From an uncultured virus (IMG/VR IMGVR_UViG_3300002835_004837) (Duplodnaviria; Heunggongvirae; Uroviricota; Caudoviricetes), in the IMG/VR virus record IMGVR_UViG_3300002835_004837: a DNA stretch of 64,000 nucleotides; one strand, given 5' to 3'. The notes beneath the pieces were generated by a model. That model was not told the DNA's origin and did not search any database. It worked only from the letters and a program-made list of their open reading frames with translations. A program made the position numbers and the translations under genes. This document shows, one piece after another, positions 10,013-18,282 of this stretch (position 1 is the stretch's first letter; the number at the start of each line of letters is the position of its first letter).

Positions 10013-10932
10013 GATATGACTCCTTCACCAGCTTCATCACCATAAAACTTTAAAACTTTTTCTTTCAGTTCAGGAACTCGATCCCACTGGTGAACAATAC
10101 AATACTTATCACCCTTTGGTGTGGCGACAATATGATCATTGATCACAGGCTGAACATCACGGTAGTTCTTATCATACTGCTCTAGCTGCTTAGGATCAGT
10201 CTTTGCTCTCTGTCCAATTTCACCAAAGCCTGCCTCAACAGCCTTGCGAATTGTACCTAACTGAATAGCCCAACCATCTTCGTTTGTCGATTTCTGAATC
10301 TCTGCACTGTAAGGTAACTGATTAACAATGAAGTTAAACACTGCCTGATCGACAATCGGTGTATGACGGTTGATAGATAGCTGGAAGATCATGAGCAATA
10401 GAGCGGCAACATCTTCTGACATACCTGCAATCGTTCCTACATTGTAAATCATTTCTTCACGATAGATATTATGAAAGAAAGGCCCGAAGGTGTCAAGCAG
10501 GTTCTTATCACCCCATGGCTCATCTTTATATAGAAGGCCTTCGGATGAACAGATTAGAGAGTTTGTTACCTTTAGATTCTCAAGGAGAAAGTCAGAAGGG
10601 TTTGTCTGAAAGATAACATCCCTTGTATCAGTTACCACAACATATCTATAGTTTTCACGATGCTCGTTTAGAAAACCCCATAGATAGAAAAATCTTTCAA
10701 CATGTGGCGCTAGGCGTGTCTCACTCTTAAATCCACCATTACCATCTGGTACACCATAAGCATACACGGTAACATTCTTCTTAGATAGCTTATCGATTGT
10801 TTCTTTTGTAATGTTGGTAGCACAGATAACGATATCACCTGAGAACTCGGTTTGCTTGATTGAGTTAACCCAGTATTGTAGCTTTTCGTAATCGTAGTTT
10901 GATGCCCCGCCGATGATCAGGTCTTTTTCCAT
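9994..10932 (-). CDS. GT-A fold glycosyltransferase-like protein
   Basis: HVERF, VVVTDTRDVIFQTNP, NVGTIAG, DQAVFN, IVHQWDR. Confidence 0.65.
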   Translation of the reverse strand: MEKDLIIGGASNYDYEKLQYWVNSIKQTEFSGDIVICATNITKETIDKLSKKNVTVYAYGVPDGNGGFKSETRLAPHVERFFYLWGFLNEHRENYRYVVVTDTRDVIFQTNPSDFLLENLKVTNSLICSSEGLLYKDEPWGDKNLLDTFGPFFHNIYREEMIYNVGTIAGMSEDVAALLLMIFQLSINRHTPIVDQAVFNFIVNQLPYSAEIQKSTNEDGWAIQLGTIRKAVEAGFGEIGQRAKTDPKQLEQYDKNYRDVQPVINDHIVATPKGDKYCIVHQWDRVPELKEKVLKFYGDEAGEGVISFQTSN

Positions 10933-11672
10933 GGAAATTTGCCCCCATAATATGCTTCTTGTGTCTTGTTACCTTCATCGAAAAATTCTTTGGTAACTGA
11001 ATTAGGATTGCCATCTAGACGATAGCAAAGTGTATGCTTGCCGTTTGTATCATATCGACAATGATCTTTTACACCATAGTAATAGATACGATCACCACCC
11101 CAACCGGCATGCCATAGATGACATGTCTTCTGGATAAACTCTCTGCGGAAACAGAAAGAAGATGTATCGATTAGATAGTGCTTACCATGAGGAGAACCAC
11201 GAGACAGAAAGATTTCCCACTTGCCTAGACTCTCACAGTTATCGTCACAAAGATAATCTCTTGTAGGAGAGAAAATCTTACGAAGTGAATATGCAAAGTC
11301 TAATTGCTTAGTTTCGATTGTCTCAATAAGAGTGGCGACATGATCTGGTTCATACCAGTTATCTTCATCTAGAAAGAGAACATATTCTGAGTTGAGAAGA
11401 TGCGGCATTGCAGCATAGATACGATGCCCGTAGAAGTCACCGCCAGTCTTACCTGTGTTCTCTGGAAGAATGGTGATTTCATATCTATCACGATCAATGC
11501 CAGAGAATGCTTCCGTGTCTGCAACATTATCACTGTATTGAGGTCCATCAATAACGATATAATGCTTACACTTGTAAGTCTGATTTGCTACAGACTTCAT
11601 AGCATCAACTAGTTTAGGAGAACCGATTGTAGGTGTGATAACCGCTACAGGCTTTTCGATTACAAGTTTCAT
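10917..11672 (-). CDS. Glycosyltransferase family 2
   Basis: VAVITPT, SVANQTY, VIDG, LFLDEDNW (DxD), IDTS, WGGDR. Start taken at MKLVIEK (ATGA overlap). Confidence 0.85.
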   Translation of the reverse strand: MKLVIEKPVAVITPTIGSPKLVDAMKSVANQTYKCKHYIVIDGPQYSDNVADTEAFSGIDRDRYEITILPENTGKTGGDFYGHRIYAAMPHLLNSEYVLFLDEDNWYEPDHVATLIETIETKQLDFAYSLRKIFSPTRDYLCDDNCESLGKWEIFLSRGSPHGKHYLIDTSSFCFRREFIQKTCHLWHAGWGGDRIYYYGVKDHCRYDTNGKHTLCYRLDGNPNSVTKEFFDEGNKTQEAYYGGKFPWKKT

Positions 11673-12238
11673 TTCACTGTTGCCCAAAGAACATCGTTTC
11701 TTTCATGACCATCAAGGTAGTGAATATTGTAGTTTGGATTGATCTTCTTAATCCGTTCTACAGCATCTTCTTTAGTAACGAAAGACCATTCTGCTGAACC
11801 GAACAAACGACAGTCATCAATGATAATGGTATGATCGTTACGACCGGTTGCTGCAATGATATCTAGTTCATCCAATACAGGAGAACCACCAGACTTACCA
11901 CCAGGAAGCGGTCCCGAAGCATGTGCATCTAGCCAGAATGTAGCAGGTCCTTCTAACTTTGAAACGATTTCCTTGAGACAATCAATAGAGTCACCCTGAT
12001 GACAAACTACCTCTGTATTCTTACTAAAGTTTTCAACGGCATTGTCATACAGTTGCTTGTCTAGTTCGATTGTATGGATTGTTTTGAATAGATTAGTTTT
12101 GAGGACCATTGAAACTGTATCACCATGATAGGTTCCTGTTTCAATGAATGTATCGCCGTTCTTATACTTCTCTAGATTTTCTTTAGAAATGTGAATGTCG
12201 GGACGAACATATTCTGTATCAATAATTGTAAGCTGCAT
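11669..12238 (-). CDS. Class I SAM-dependent methyltransferase-like protein
   Basis: FIETGTYHGDT, TIEL, GDS, FWLDAH, IIIDD. Confidence 0.7.
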   Translation of the reverse strand: MQLTIIDTEYVRPDIHISKENLEKYKNGDTFIETGTYHGDTVSMVLKTNLFKTIHTIELDKQLYDNAVENFSKNTEVVCHQGDSIDCLKEIVSKLEGPATFWLDAHASGPLPGGKSGGSPVLDELDIIAATGRNDHTIIIDDCRLFGSAEWSFVTKEDAVERIKKINPNYNIHYLDGHERNDVLWATVK

Positions 12239-12252
12239 AATCTACCTCATAT

Positions 12253-12291
12253 AAAAGAAGGCCGGGACTTGTATGAACAGAGGTCCCGACC
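12253..12291 (-). terminator. Stem-loop with U-tract downstream of hsp20
   Basis: Minus strand GGTCGGGACCT...AAGTCCCGGCC followed by TTCTTTT. Confidence 0.6.
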
Positions 12292-12301
12292 GTGTTATTT
12301 T

Positions 12302-12309
12302 TATTTATA
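12302..12309 (-). promoter_or_regulatory. T4-type late promoter TATAAATA heading the glycan operon
   Basis: Exact T4 gp55 consensus in the intergenic region upstream of 12238. Confidence 0.65.
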
Positions 12310-12852
12310 TCACTTAGGTGTTAGCGAGTCCGCAATCTTCTGGACGCCATCCGCCCACGCTTTCGTACCCTCGTTGAGAAGCTGCCTCGTCGTCTCCCCG
12401 ACGCCGAACGGATCCAAGATATCGATTTTCTTAGCCTTCTTCTCCTCGGGAATATAGCGTTCAAGAGCGATTTTAAGTAGACCATTGACCAACTCCGCAT
12501 TTTTTACAACAACAGTGTCAGCAAGAGTGAACTTGCGAGTAAAGGCACGATTTGCAATGCCTTGATAGATGTAATCGTTTTCCTCGGCTTCATGTGAACC
12601 AGTAATAGTTAGTTCACCTTCCTTCAATTCAATATCAAGGTTCTGCTTGCCGAAACCAGCAACAGCCATTTCGATCACAAAATGTTCATCATCAATCTTT
12701 TTGATATTGTATGGAGGGTAATTAGATGCCTTTGCCAATTGTTCATTAGAACGGCGCAAAGTATCTAGAATGGCATCAAAGCCGATAAATTGACGGGATA
12801 GCGAATCAGGAATACCAAAGTTATCGGTATTGAATTTCTTGAAAGTTTCCAT
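12310..12852 (-). CDS. hsp20: Small heat-shock protein Hsp20 (IbpA-like)
   Basis: NYPPYNI, IEMAVAGF, YQGIANRAFTRKFTLAD, AELVNGLLKIAL, PEEKK..KIDI. Confidence 0.95.
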   Translation of the reverse strand: METFKKFNTDNFGIPDSLSRQFIGFDAILDTLRRSNEQLAKASNYPPYNIKKIDDEHFVIEMAVAGFGKQNLDIELKEGELTITGSHEAEENDYIYQGIANRAFTRKFTLADTVVVKNAELVNGLLKIALERYIPEEKKAKKIDILDPFGVGETTRQLLNEGTKAWADGVQKIADSLTPK

Positions 12853-12857
12853 GTGTT

Positions 12858-12905
12858 TCTCCTTTTCAGCGAGATTATAAAAGACGATACCTTTCGGCTA
12901 TCATC
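12858..12905 (-). promoter_or_regulatory. ROSE-like RNA thermometer in the hsp20 5' UTR
   Basis: Two hairpins. The 3' one is UCUCGCU-GAAA-AGGAGA, which pairs the SD with a bulged G (ROSE U(U/C)GCU motif). Confidence 0.7.
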
Positions 12906-12909
12906 ATAC

Positions 12910-12939
12910 ATTATATAGTAAACATCGGGTGATTGTCAA
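12910..12939 (-). promoter_or_regulatory. sigma70-type promoter for hsp20
   Basis: TTGACA-N18-TATAAT. Confidence 0.7.
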
Positions 12940-13490
12940 GTGGAATAGTAGGTGGAAAATGTAAAAGTGTTACCTGATGTTTCACCGGTGACTGAGGAAC
13001 CATTAACAACGGTATTCGATACATTAGCCAAAACTAGAACATCGAAACCAGCACCACCACCATCAACTACACGGTAGATATCACCTACCTTCTGGCCTCC
13101 AGCTAATACATTTTCTCCTGTATCCATTCTGCCATTTTTGTTACCTTTACCACCACCCATCATGCCAAGGGTGCTACTAAGCATCCCATACGCCTTTACA
13201 ACACCCGAACCTTCGGCAGGTGTTGGCAGACCAGTTACATGAGGTATAATGCCTTGAACATCTGGTGATCCTTGATCTAACAAAGAAACGACAAGAGGGA
13301 CACCTCCGACCAAGACATTACCCGGTGATAGAGATAGCAAAGCACCTAGATTATTGTGTGTATTTAAATCACCAGCTACCGCAACAGGCTTACCCTCAAC
13401 AAACACATTCATTGGGTTGCCAGGACCTGGTGTGGTTAAAGCACCACACATTCTTAATGCACCGATGAAATGAACTGGAAATCCGCTCAT
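12936..13490 (-). CDS. PAAR-like spike-tip protein with C-terminal extension
   Basis: CGALT...NVFVEGKPVAVAGD..TH...GNVLVGGVP...PH...AEGSGVV pattern of PAAR repeats. Confidence 0.65.
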   Translation of the reverse strand: MSGFPVHFIGALRMCGALTTPGPGNPMNVFVEGKPVAVAGDLNTHNNLGALLSLSPGNVLVGGVPLVVSLLDQGSPDVQGIIPHVTGLPTPAEGSGVVKAYGMLSSTLGMMGGGKGNKNGRMDTGENVLAGGQKVGDIYRVVDGGGAGFDVLVLANVSNTVVNGSSVTGETSGNTFTFSTYYST

Positions 13491-14083
13491 GAATCCTTCC
13501 TAGGTCTTCCTCTGCCCCGTTTAACAGGAACAGGCTCAACTTTTGCTTCTTCTGTATTTATATTGATAACTTTAATCTCGGCGGACACTCCGGTAGAACC
13601 AAAGCCACCTGTGCGACTTGTCTTAACAAGAGGCATGAAATTGATTTCTTCAATCTTATATTCTACATTCTTGACTAGTTCGGCCTGTGCAACACGATCA
13701 CCGTTATTGATCGTTACAGGGTTACCAGACACATTATGAATGAGGACATACACCTCTTGAACATAGTCAGCATCTATAACACCCTCGGCATTGACAAGTG
13801 CTAGACCCTGCTTAAGTGATAAACCAGAACGAGCATGAACACGAACCGAATAACCCTCTGGAATGTCGAATACAAGACCAGTAGGTACCATCACCCTGTC
13901 ACCAGGACTAATGGTAATCGATTCTCTCATTTCACGATTGATTGGCTTATTGAATTGTGTGTAACCCTGACAAACAGATTTGCCAGCCGGCTGGAATGCC
14001 AGGTCAAAACAAGCAGACTGTTCGGTCTGATGAACTGGGAGTCTAACTGAAGGATGTGTTTTCCAAACTTTCAATGTTTCCAT
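13487..14083 (-). CDS. dut: dUTPase (trimeric)
   Basis: SACFDL, VPTG, ARSGL, GVIDADY, GDRVAQ, RTGGFGSTG (motifs I-V). Confidence 0.95.
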   Translation of the reverse strand: METLKVWKTHPSVRLPVHQTEQSACFDLAFQPAGKSVCQGYTQFNKPINREMRESITISPGDRVMVPTGLVFDIPEGYSVRVHARSGLSLKQGLALVNAEGVIDADYVQEVYVLIHNVSGNPVTINNGDRVAQAELVKNVEYKIEEINFMPLVKTSRTGGFGSTGVSAEIKVININTEEAKVEPVPVKRGRGRPRKDS

Positions 14084-14098
14084 AATATACTCACTTTC

Positions 14099-14518
14099 TT
14101 ATTCTTCGGTGTATTTCTTCTTGCCTAGAGAATACTTAGCAACTAGATTCCATTCTGACTTCTCGCCGTATGATATGATCTTGATACGGTTAATAGGAGT
14201 CAAAGGCTCTTGTGACTTCTTAGGATCGACTAATGAAACCAATCCCCATTCTGCTAGAAGATTGGCAATCGTGTTACGACGACCTCTATCTTCCTCAGAG
14301 AAGTCTGTTGGCTTGTTATCTAGAATAAACATTTCTTTGAAATGAACAAGGTAGTAATGCCCTTGCTTATGTAGAATATGACAAGACTGATAAAGAGTCT
14401 TATCTTTCTTAGACGCCACACCAATGCGGGTCAGCGTCTCCTTTACCTTTAAAAAGGCTTGAGGGTCGGGAAGTTTAACTTCCACGAACTCGTCTAGGTT
14501 TACTGTCATCTGTGCCAC
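14099..14518 (-). CDS. regA: Translational repressor RegA
   Basis: FLKVKETLTRIGVA...LYQSCHILHKQG.YYLVHFKEMF...RRNTIANLLAEWGLV. Confidence 0.96.
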   Translation of the reverse strand: MAQMTVNLDEFVEVKLPDPQAFLKVKETLTRIGVASKKDKTLYQSCHILHKQGHYYLVHFKEMFILDNKPTDFSEEDRGRRNTIANLLAEWGLVSLVDPKKSQEPLTPINRIKIISYGEKSEWNLVAKYSLGKKKYTEE

Positions 14519-14882
14519 CCTTATGAATCTGTTTTTTTATTTCTTCTATCTGGTTGGCATTTAGTAAAACCATCACTTCTTTCGCCTTTTCGTAAGAGTA
14601 GTTGTAATACTCTTTCACAGCTTCCAGATTCTCAATGGTCTCACGCTTCTGCCATGGTCTAAATGGACGTTTGTATCCACGGATGGTATTTAGTAAATAC
14701 TGATATTGCAGGGATCCTGGCAACGAGGGATAACGGTTCATTTCATTTGCTTGCAAAACGCAATCATAGTGAAACGAGAGGGCCCGGTTCACTACGAAAG
14801 CATTATAATCTTTTTCGGTTTCCAAGACATCCTTCTTAGTTTGAAGGATGCTTGGAATGATATCTCTGAATAGGTCTGTCAT
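14475..14882 (-). CDS. gp62: Clamp loader small subunit gp62
   Basis: YNAFVVNRALSFHYDC..QANEMN, LEAVKEYYNYS; synteny with gp44 and regA. Confidence 0.9.
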   Translation of the reverse strand: MTDLFRDIIPSILQTKKDVLETEKDYNAFVVNRALSFHYDCVLQANEMNRYPSLPGSLQYQYLLNTIRGYKRPFRPWQKRETIENLEAVKEYYNYSYEKAKEVMVLLNANQIEEIKKQIHKGGTDDSKPRRVRGS

Positions 14883-15259
14883 TGTATAGCAACCAACTTT
14901 CTAACAAGATAAGGTAAATTACAATTCTCGGATATGAGTCTGATAAAATTCTTATCAGTTTTTTTAACCCAAAGAATGTATAATAGATACTCAGGATTTT
15001 CATTGAAGATATCTATAATACGATCACCTTTATACATACCAAATGGCATAACGTCTGTTGACTCGTTATATGGATACTCCTTTATGATTTCATCAAATCG
15101 TTTGTCTATGATAGAAGCATACTCTTCCCGAGTTATCTCACCTTTCAATTTTTCGTTGAACGTTTCCTCAACGAAACTCTGGACGAATCCATGTTCAATT
15201 ACTGTTCTTTGAGTTGCCTTGAATTGTCCTGTTTGAAACCTTGATGCTCTAGCATACAT
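14879..15259 (-). CDS. Hypothetical protein with MPFGxYKG motif (DUF3820/exonuclease X C-terminal-like)
   Basis: VMPFGMYKG..I.....PEYLLYI; overlaps both neighbours. Confidence 0.6.
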   Translation of the reverse strand: MYARASRFQTGQFKATQRTVIEHGFVQSFVEETFNEKLKGEITREEYASIIDKRFDEIIKEYPYNESTDVMPFGMYKGDRIIDIFNENPEYLLYILWVKKTDKNFIRLISENCNLPYLVRKLVAIQ

Positions 15260-16194
15260 TACTTTACCTCACACTCAACCATCAGTTCTGTTAGACATGC
15301 AACTAGATTGATTTCTTGATCGGCAACGAACGCTGCCTGATACTGATACTTAGCAAGTGTAATAACAGCCGCTGGTACACTCTCGGGCTTTAGATATTCT
15401 GACAAACCGTCATAGATGTTACGAAACACACGGGCTGGATCAACATCTGAATTGAGAACGACCCACTTACGCATAGCACCAAAGTCTTTACTCTTTAGTG
15501 TCTTGATAAGTTCGTCTAGTTTGCGAACATCATTAACCTGACTAAGAACACCAGCATCAATGTTTCCAGAAGTAGAATACCTCTGGAGTTCGTTAAGAGT
15601 CCTACGATAGTCTGGAAAATATCGCTCAACAATCTTTGCCAATACTTGCTTGTCATATTCAATACCCTCTTGCGAAAGAATGTTTGTTAGTCGCTTAAAC
15701 ATCTGCATTGCCATCTTTGACTTTTCATCACCCTTAAGGGAGAAGTCAATGACAGAACAGCGAGAATGAAGGGCATCAATCAGACGAGCCTTAAAGTTAC
15801 AGGTGAAGATAAACGAACAGTTTTCACTAAACTCCTCGATGGCACCACGCAGGCCTGCCTGCGCCTCTGGAGTTAGATAGTCTGCTTCGTCAAGGATGAT
15901 AACCTTACGACCACCTGTAAGAGATACAGTAGAGGCATAACCCTTGATCTTTGTTCTAAGGGTGTCAATACCTCTTTCATCGGACGAGTTAATGAAAAGA
16001 TGATTAAGGCCAATCTCCTCACACATCGCCTTTGCCACTGTAGTCTTACCGCAACCGGCAGACCCAGTGAGCATTAGATTTGGGATTTCTCCCTTTGTCA
16101 CATACTCCTGAAAGACCTTCTTTAGGCGATCAGGAAGAATACAGTCCTCAATCTTGTGAGGACGATACTTCTCAACATATAGATATTCACTCAT
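15259..16194 (-). CDS. gp44: Clamp loader large subunit gp44
   Basis: EKYRP, GSAGCGKTT, IILDEAD, FIFTCN, SRC motif. Confidence 0.96.
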   Translation of the reverse strand: MSEYLYVEKYRPHKIEDCILPDRLKKVFQEYVTKGEIPNLMLTGSAGCGKTTVAKAMCEEIGLNHLFINSSDERGIDTLRTKIKGYASTVSLTGGRKVIILDEADYLTPEAQAGLRGAIEEFSENCSFIFTCNFKARLIDALHSRCSVIDFSLKGDEKSKMAMQMFKRLTNILSQEGIEYDKQVLAKIVERYFPDYRRTLNELQRYSTSGNIDAGVLSQVNDVRKLDELIKTLKSKDFGAMRKWVVLNSDVDPARVFRNIYDGLSEYLKPESVPAAVITLAKYQYQAAFVADQEINLVACLTELMVECEVK

Positions 16195-16352
16195 TCATTC
16201 CCCTTATCATAGCGGATTGCATTGATATACATTATAGCAGAAACGAGAAGATAAAACAACCAGTGCATGATATCATTCTCATCGATAGCAAAGTAGATAA
16301 GGGCAGCCACAAGATTGGCCGCCCCCACAAGTTCAAATGCCAGTTCAATCAT
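16191..16352 (-). CDS. Small membrane protein (53 aa, MIELAFELV...)
   Basis: Manual ORF with two hydrophobic segments and ATGA overlaps at both ends. Confidence 0.6.
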   Translation of the reverse strand: MIELAFELVGAANLVAALIYFAIDENDIMHWLFYLLVSAIMYINAIRYDKGNE

Positions 16353-16645
16353 GGTGCAGTCTTCTCAATAACTGCGGTATAGAACTCCTCAAAGTCGGTG
16401 TTCTCCTGAACCTCATCCTTGAAGTTTGCCTTAAAGTATGCACGAGACATACGGCGAAATAGCTTCTTATCGATGCCTAGCTTGTCGCAGACTTCATTAA
16501 CGGTTTCTTTCTGCAACTCACGCTCCGCCCCCACACGAGTCATTGAGTCATTCATTTCAATAACAGCCTTTTTAAGTGTCTTACGATCTTCATCGGTAAG
16601 ACCCTGAACCGAGCGTTGCTGCTGGTTATGACCAATCATACTCAT
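16349..16645 (-). CDS. dsDNA-binding protein, T4 DsbA / GapR-like
   Basis: Helical pattern ...ERELQKE...KLGIDKKLFRRMSRAYFK...EEFY resembles T4 DsbA; N-terminal IGHN resembles GapR/DUF2312 proteins. Confidence 0.7.
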   Translation of the reverse strand: MSMIGHNQQQRSVQGLTDEDRKTLKKAVIEMNDSMTRVGAERELQKETVNEVCDKLGIDKKLFRRMSRAYFKANFKDEVQENTDFEEFYTAVIEKTAP

Positions 16646-16754
16646 TAGAGGCCTCCGTATCCAATACCACAATGCTTCTGCTTTGCGGTCTGTTTCGTTT
16701 CGAGTAGTTCAATAACCTTCAATAGAAGGCTTACCATATAACGATCATCAAACA

Positions 16755-17021
16755 TTAGTTTACCTCAATAATTGCGGATGGATTGATACAAAGGCGGCCA
16801 TCTTTACTACCTTTGATGTATGAATAGGTAACAACCGGATATCCACCAGAATCTACACAAACTTTTTGAAATGCATTGCGCTCCAGATCGTTCTGGTGAG
16901 CAACATATAACATTGCAATGACAGTAAGCACAGAAATACCGACTGTGCCGAGAATAATTACACCAAGTGGATCAAGCCATTCAGAAACGGCTCGACTTGC
17001 AAACTGACGATCACCCATCAT
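16755..17021 (-). CDS. Hypothetical membrane-anchored protein
   Basis: One TM helix followed by a Cys pair. Confidence 0.6.
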   Translation of the reverse strand: MMGDRQFASRAVSEWLDPLGVIILGTVGISVLTVIAMLYVAHQNDLERNAFQKVCVDSGGYPVVTYSYIKGSKDGRLCINPSAIIEVN

Positions 17022-17674
17022 TACTTTGTCTCCAGAGCAATGAAGTATGTAAGAGTATTGTTGGCATTCGTAAACTTAGCAAACGCACCAGCCTGAACCT
17101 CAACGGTGTAATCATCAGGAAGCAACTTTAGATTGTCGATCTTGAAGGTTGCAACGAAGTCCTTGCCAGCATAGTCACCAATCTTGACTGAACCCTGATT
17201 GGAAGTATCGTTTGCCTTTTCATGAATCTTGATAAGAAGTTCACCGTTCTTACCAATGACAGATAGATTAGGAATAGAGTTAAGAACTGCTCTCTTGATC
17301 CAATTCTGAAAAGATGAATTGAGTAGGGTGAACTTAACATCAACCGACTTTAAAGCAAGTTCCTTATCTGGTGGGGTGATGATTAGGTTTGTAGAACAAC
17401 CGAGATAGTTAAACGACATTTCACCATCAAAGATCGTAACAGAATCCTTGTCGAATGTAATCTCGGTATTCTTGATAAGAGTTAGATTGGCAAGGAACTG
17501 ATTAAGATCATAGATGCCAAACTGATTTGGGATTTCATCCTCAAGAGTAGCCTCTACAAGAATAGACTTTTCGGGGGAGATAGTTTTCTGAACCTTGCCT
17601 TCATTTAGAACAACGCCGCTATTGATAGAGGCAAAGTTCTTTAGAACATTCAAGGTATTTTCACTTAGCTTCAT
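17021..17674 (-). CDS. gp45: Sliding clamp gp45
   Basis: MKLSENTLNVLKNFASINSG, FGIYDLNQFL, NLKLLPDDY, YFIALE. Confidence 0.95.
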   Translation of the reverse strand: MKLSENTLNVLKNFASINSGVVLNEGKVQKTISPEKSILVEATLEDEIPNQFGIYDLNQFLANLTLIKNTEITFDKDSVTIFDGEMSFNYLGCSTNLIITPPDKELALKSVDVKFTLLNSSFQNWIKRAVLNSIPNLSVIGKNGELLIKIHEKANDTSNQGSVKIGDYAGKDFVATFKIDNLKLLPDDYTVEVQAGAFAKFTNANNTLTYFIALETK

Positions 17675-17685
17675 TATAAACTCCT

Positions 17686-18282
17686 TTATACGGGATGATG
17701 AAATATGGTACGAGGTTTTTCGATTCCTGTCAAGAGCAAACTGACTTCCTTATTCAGTTCAGCCAGAGTGCCGTTGTTGAAGACGGTATAATCAGGAAAG
17801 ATATCAGTCCATGCGGTCTCCGATATGTGCATCTTTGCAAGTTCTTCGGTGCTAGGATATTTACCTCTAGAAACATGAATTATCTTGCCGCCGACACTCC
17901 GGATAAAATCGATTTCATTCGGGAAGCGGCAATCGGAGATAACAACATCTTCATAACCATGGATACGCTTCTCTAAGGCAGCAATCCATATGTTATCAGC
18001 AATGCCATGGCGACAAGCTTCGGTACCAAACTTTTGTAGAATGAGACGAGGAGTTACCTCGTATCCTAGCTTATGTGACCACCATGGATCAACAGTCTCA
18101 CGAAAGGTCCGTGAGGCATTACTATCACCTTCTAGAAGGCCCCGTGGCCACATAAAGATTGTGGCAACGGCATCCTTTAGAGCATCAGCAAAGGCAAACT
18201 TTCTATAGCCGTGATCTTTAACGAGAAGATCGGCTACGGTGCCCTTGCCGGATCCGATAAACCCGACAAGGCCGATAATCAT
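17686..18282 (-). CDS. Deoxynucleoside monophosphate kinase (gp1-like)
   Basis: GFIGSGKGT, FADALKD, TPRLILQKFGTE, ISDCRFPNE, HISE. Confidence 0.92.
   Translation of the reverse strand: MIIGLVGFIGSGKGTVADLLVKDHGYRKFAFADALKDAVATIFMWPRGLLEGDSNASRTFRETVDPWWSHKLGYEVTPRLILQKFGTEACRHGIADNIWIAALEKRIHGYEDVVISDCRFPNEIDFIRSVGGKIIHVSRGKYPSTEELAKMHISETAWTDIFPDYTVFNNGTLAELNKEVSLLLTGIEKPRTIFHHPV

Noticed and set aside
1..12238. Bacterial LPS/capsule locus (host contamination)
   Set aside because: Same strand, overlaps and composition as the phage genes, headed by a T4-type late promoter, and no wzx/wzy/transporter genes in view
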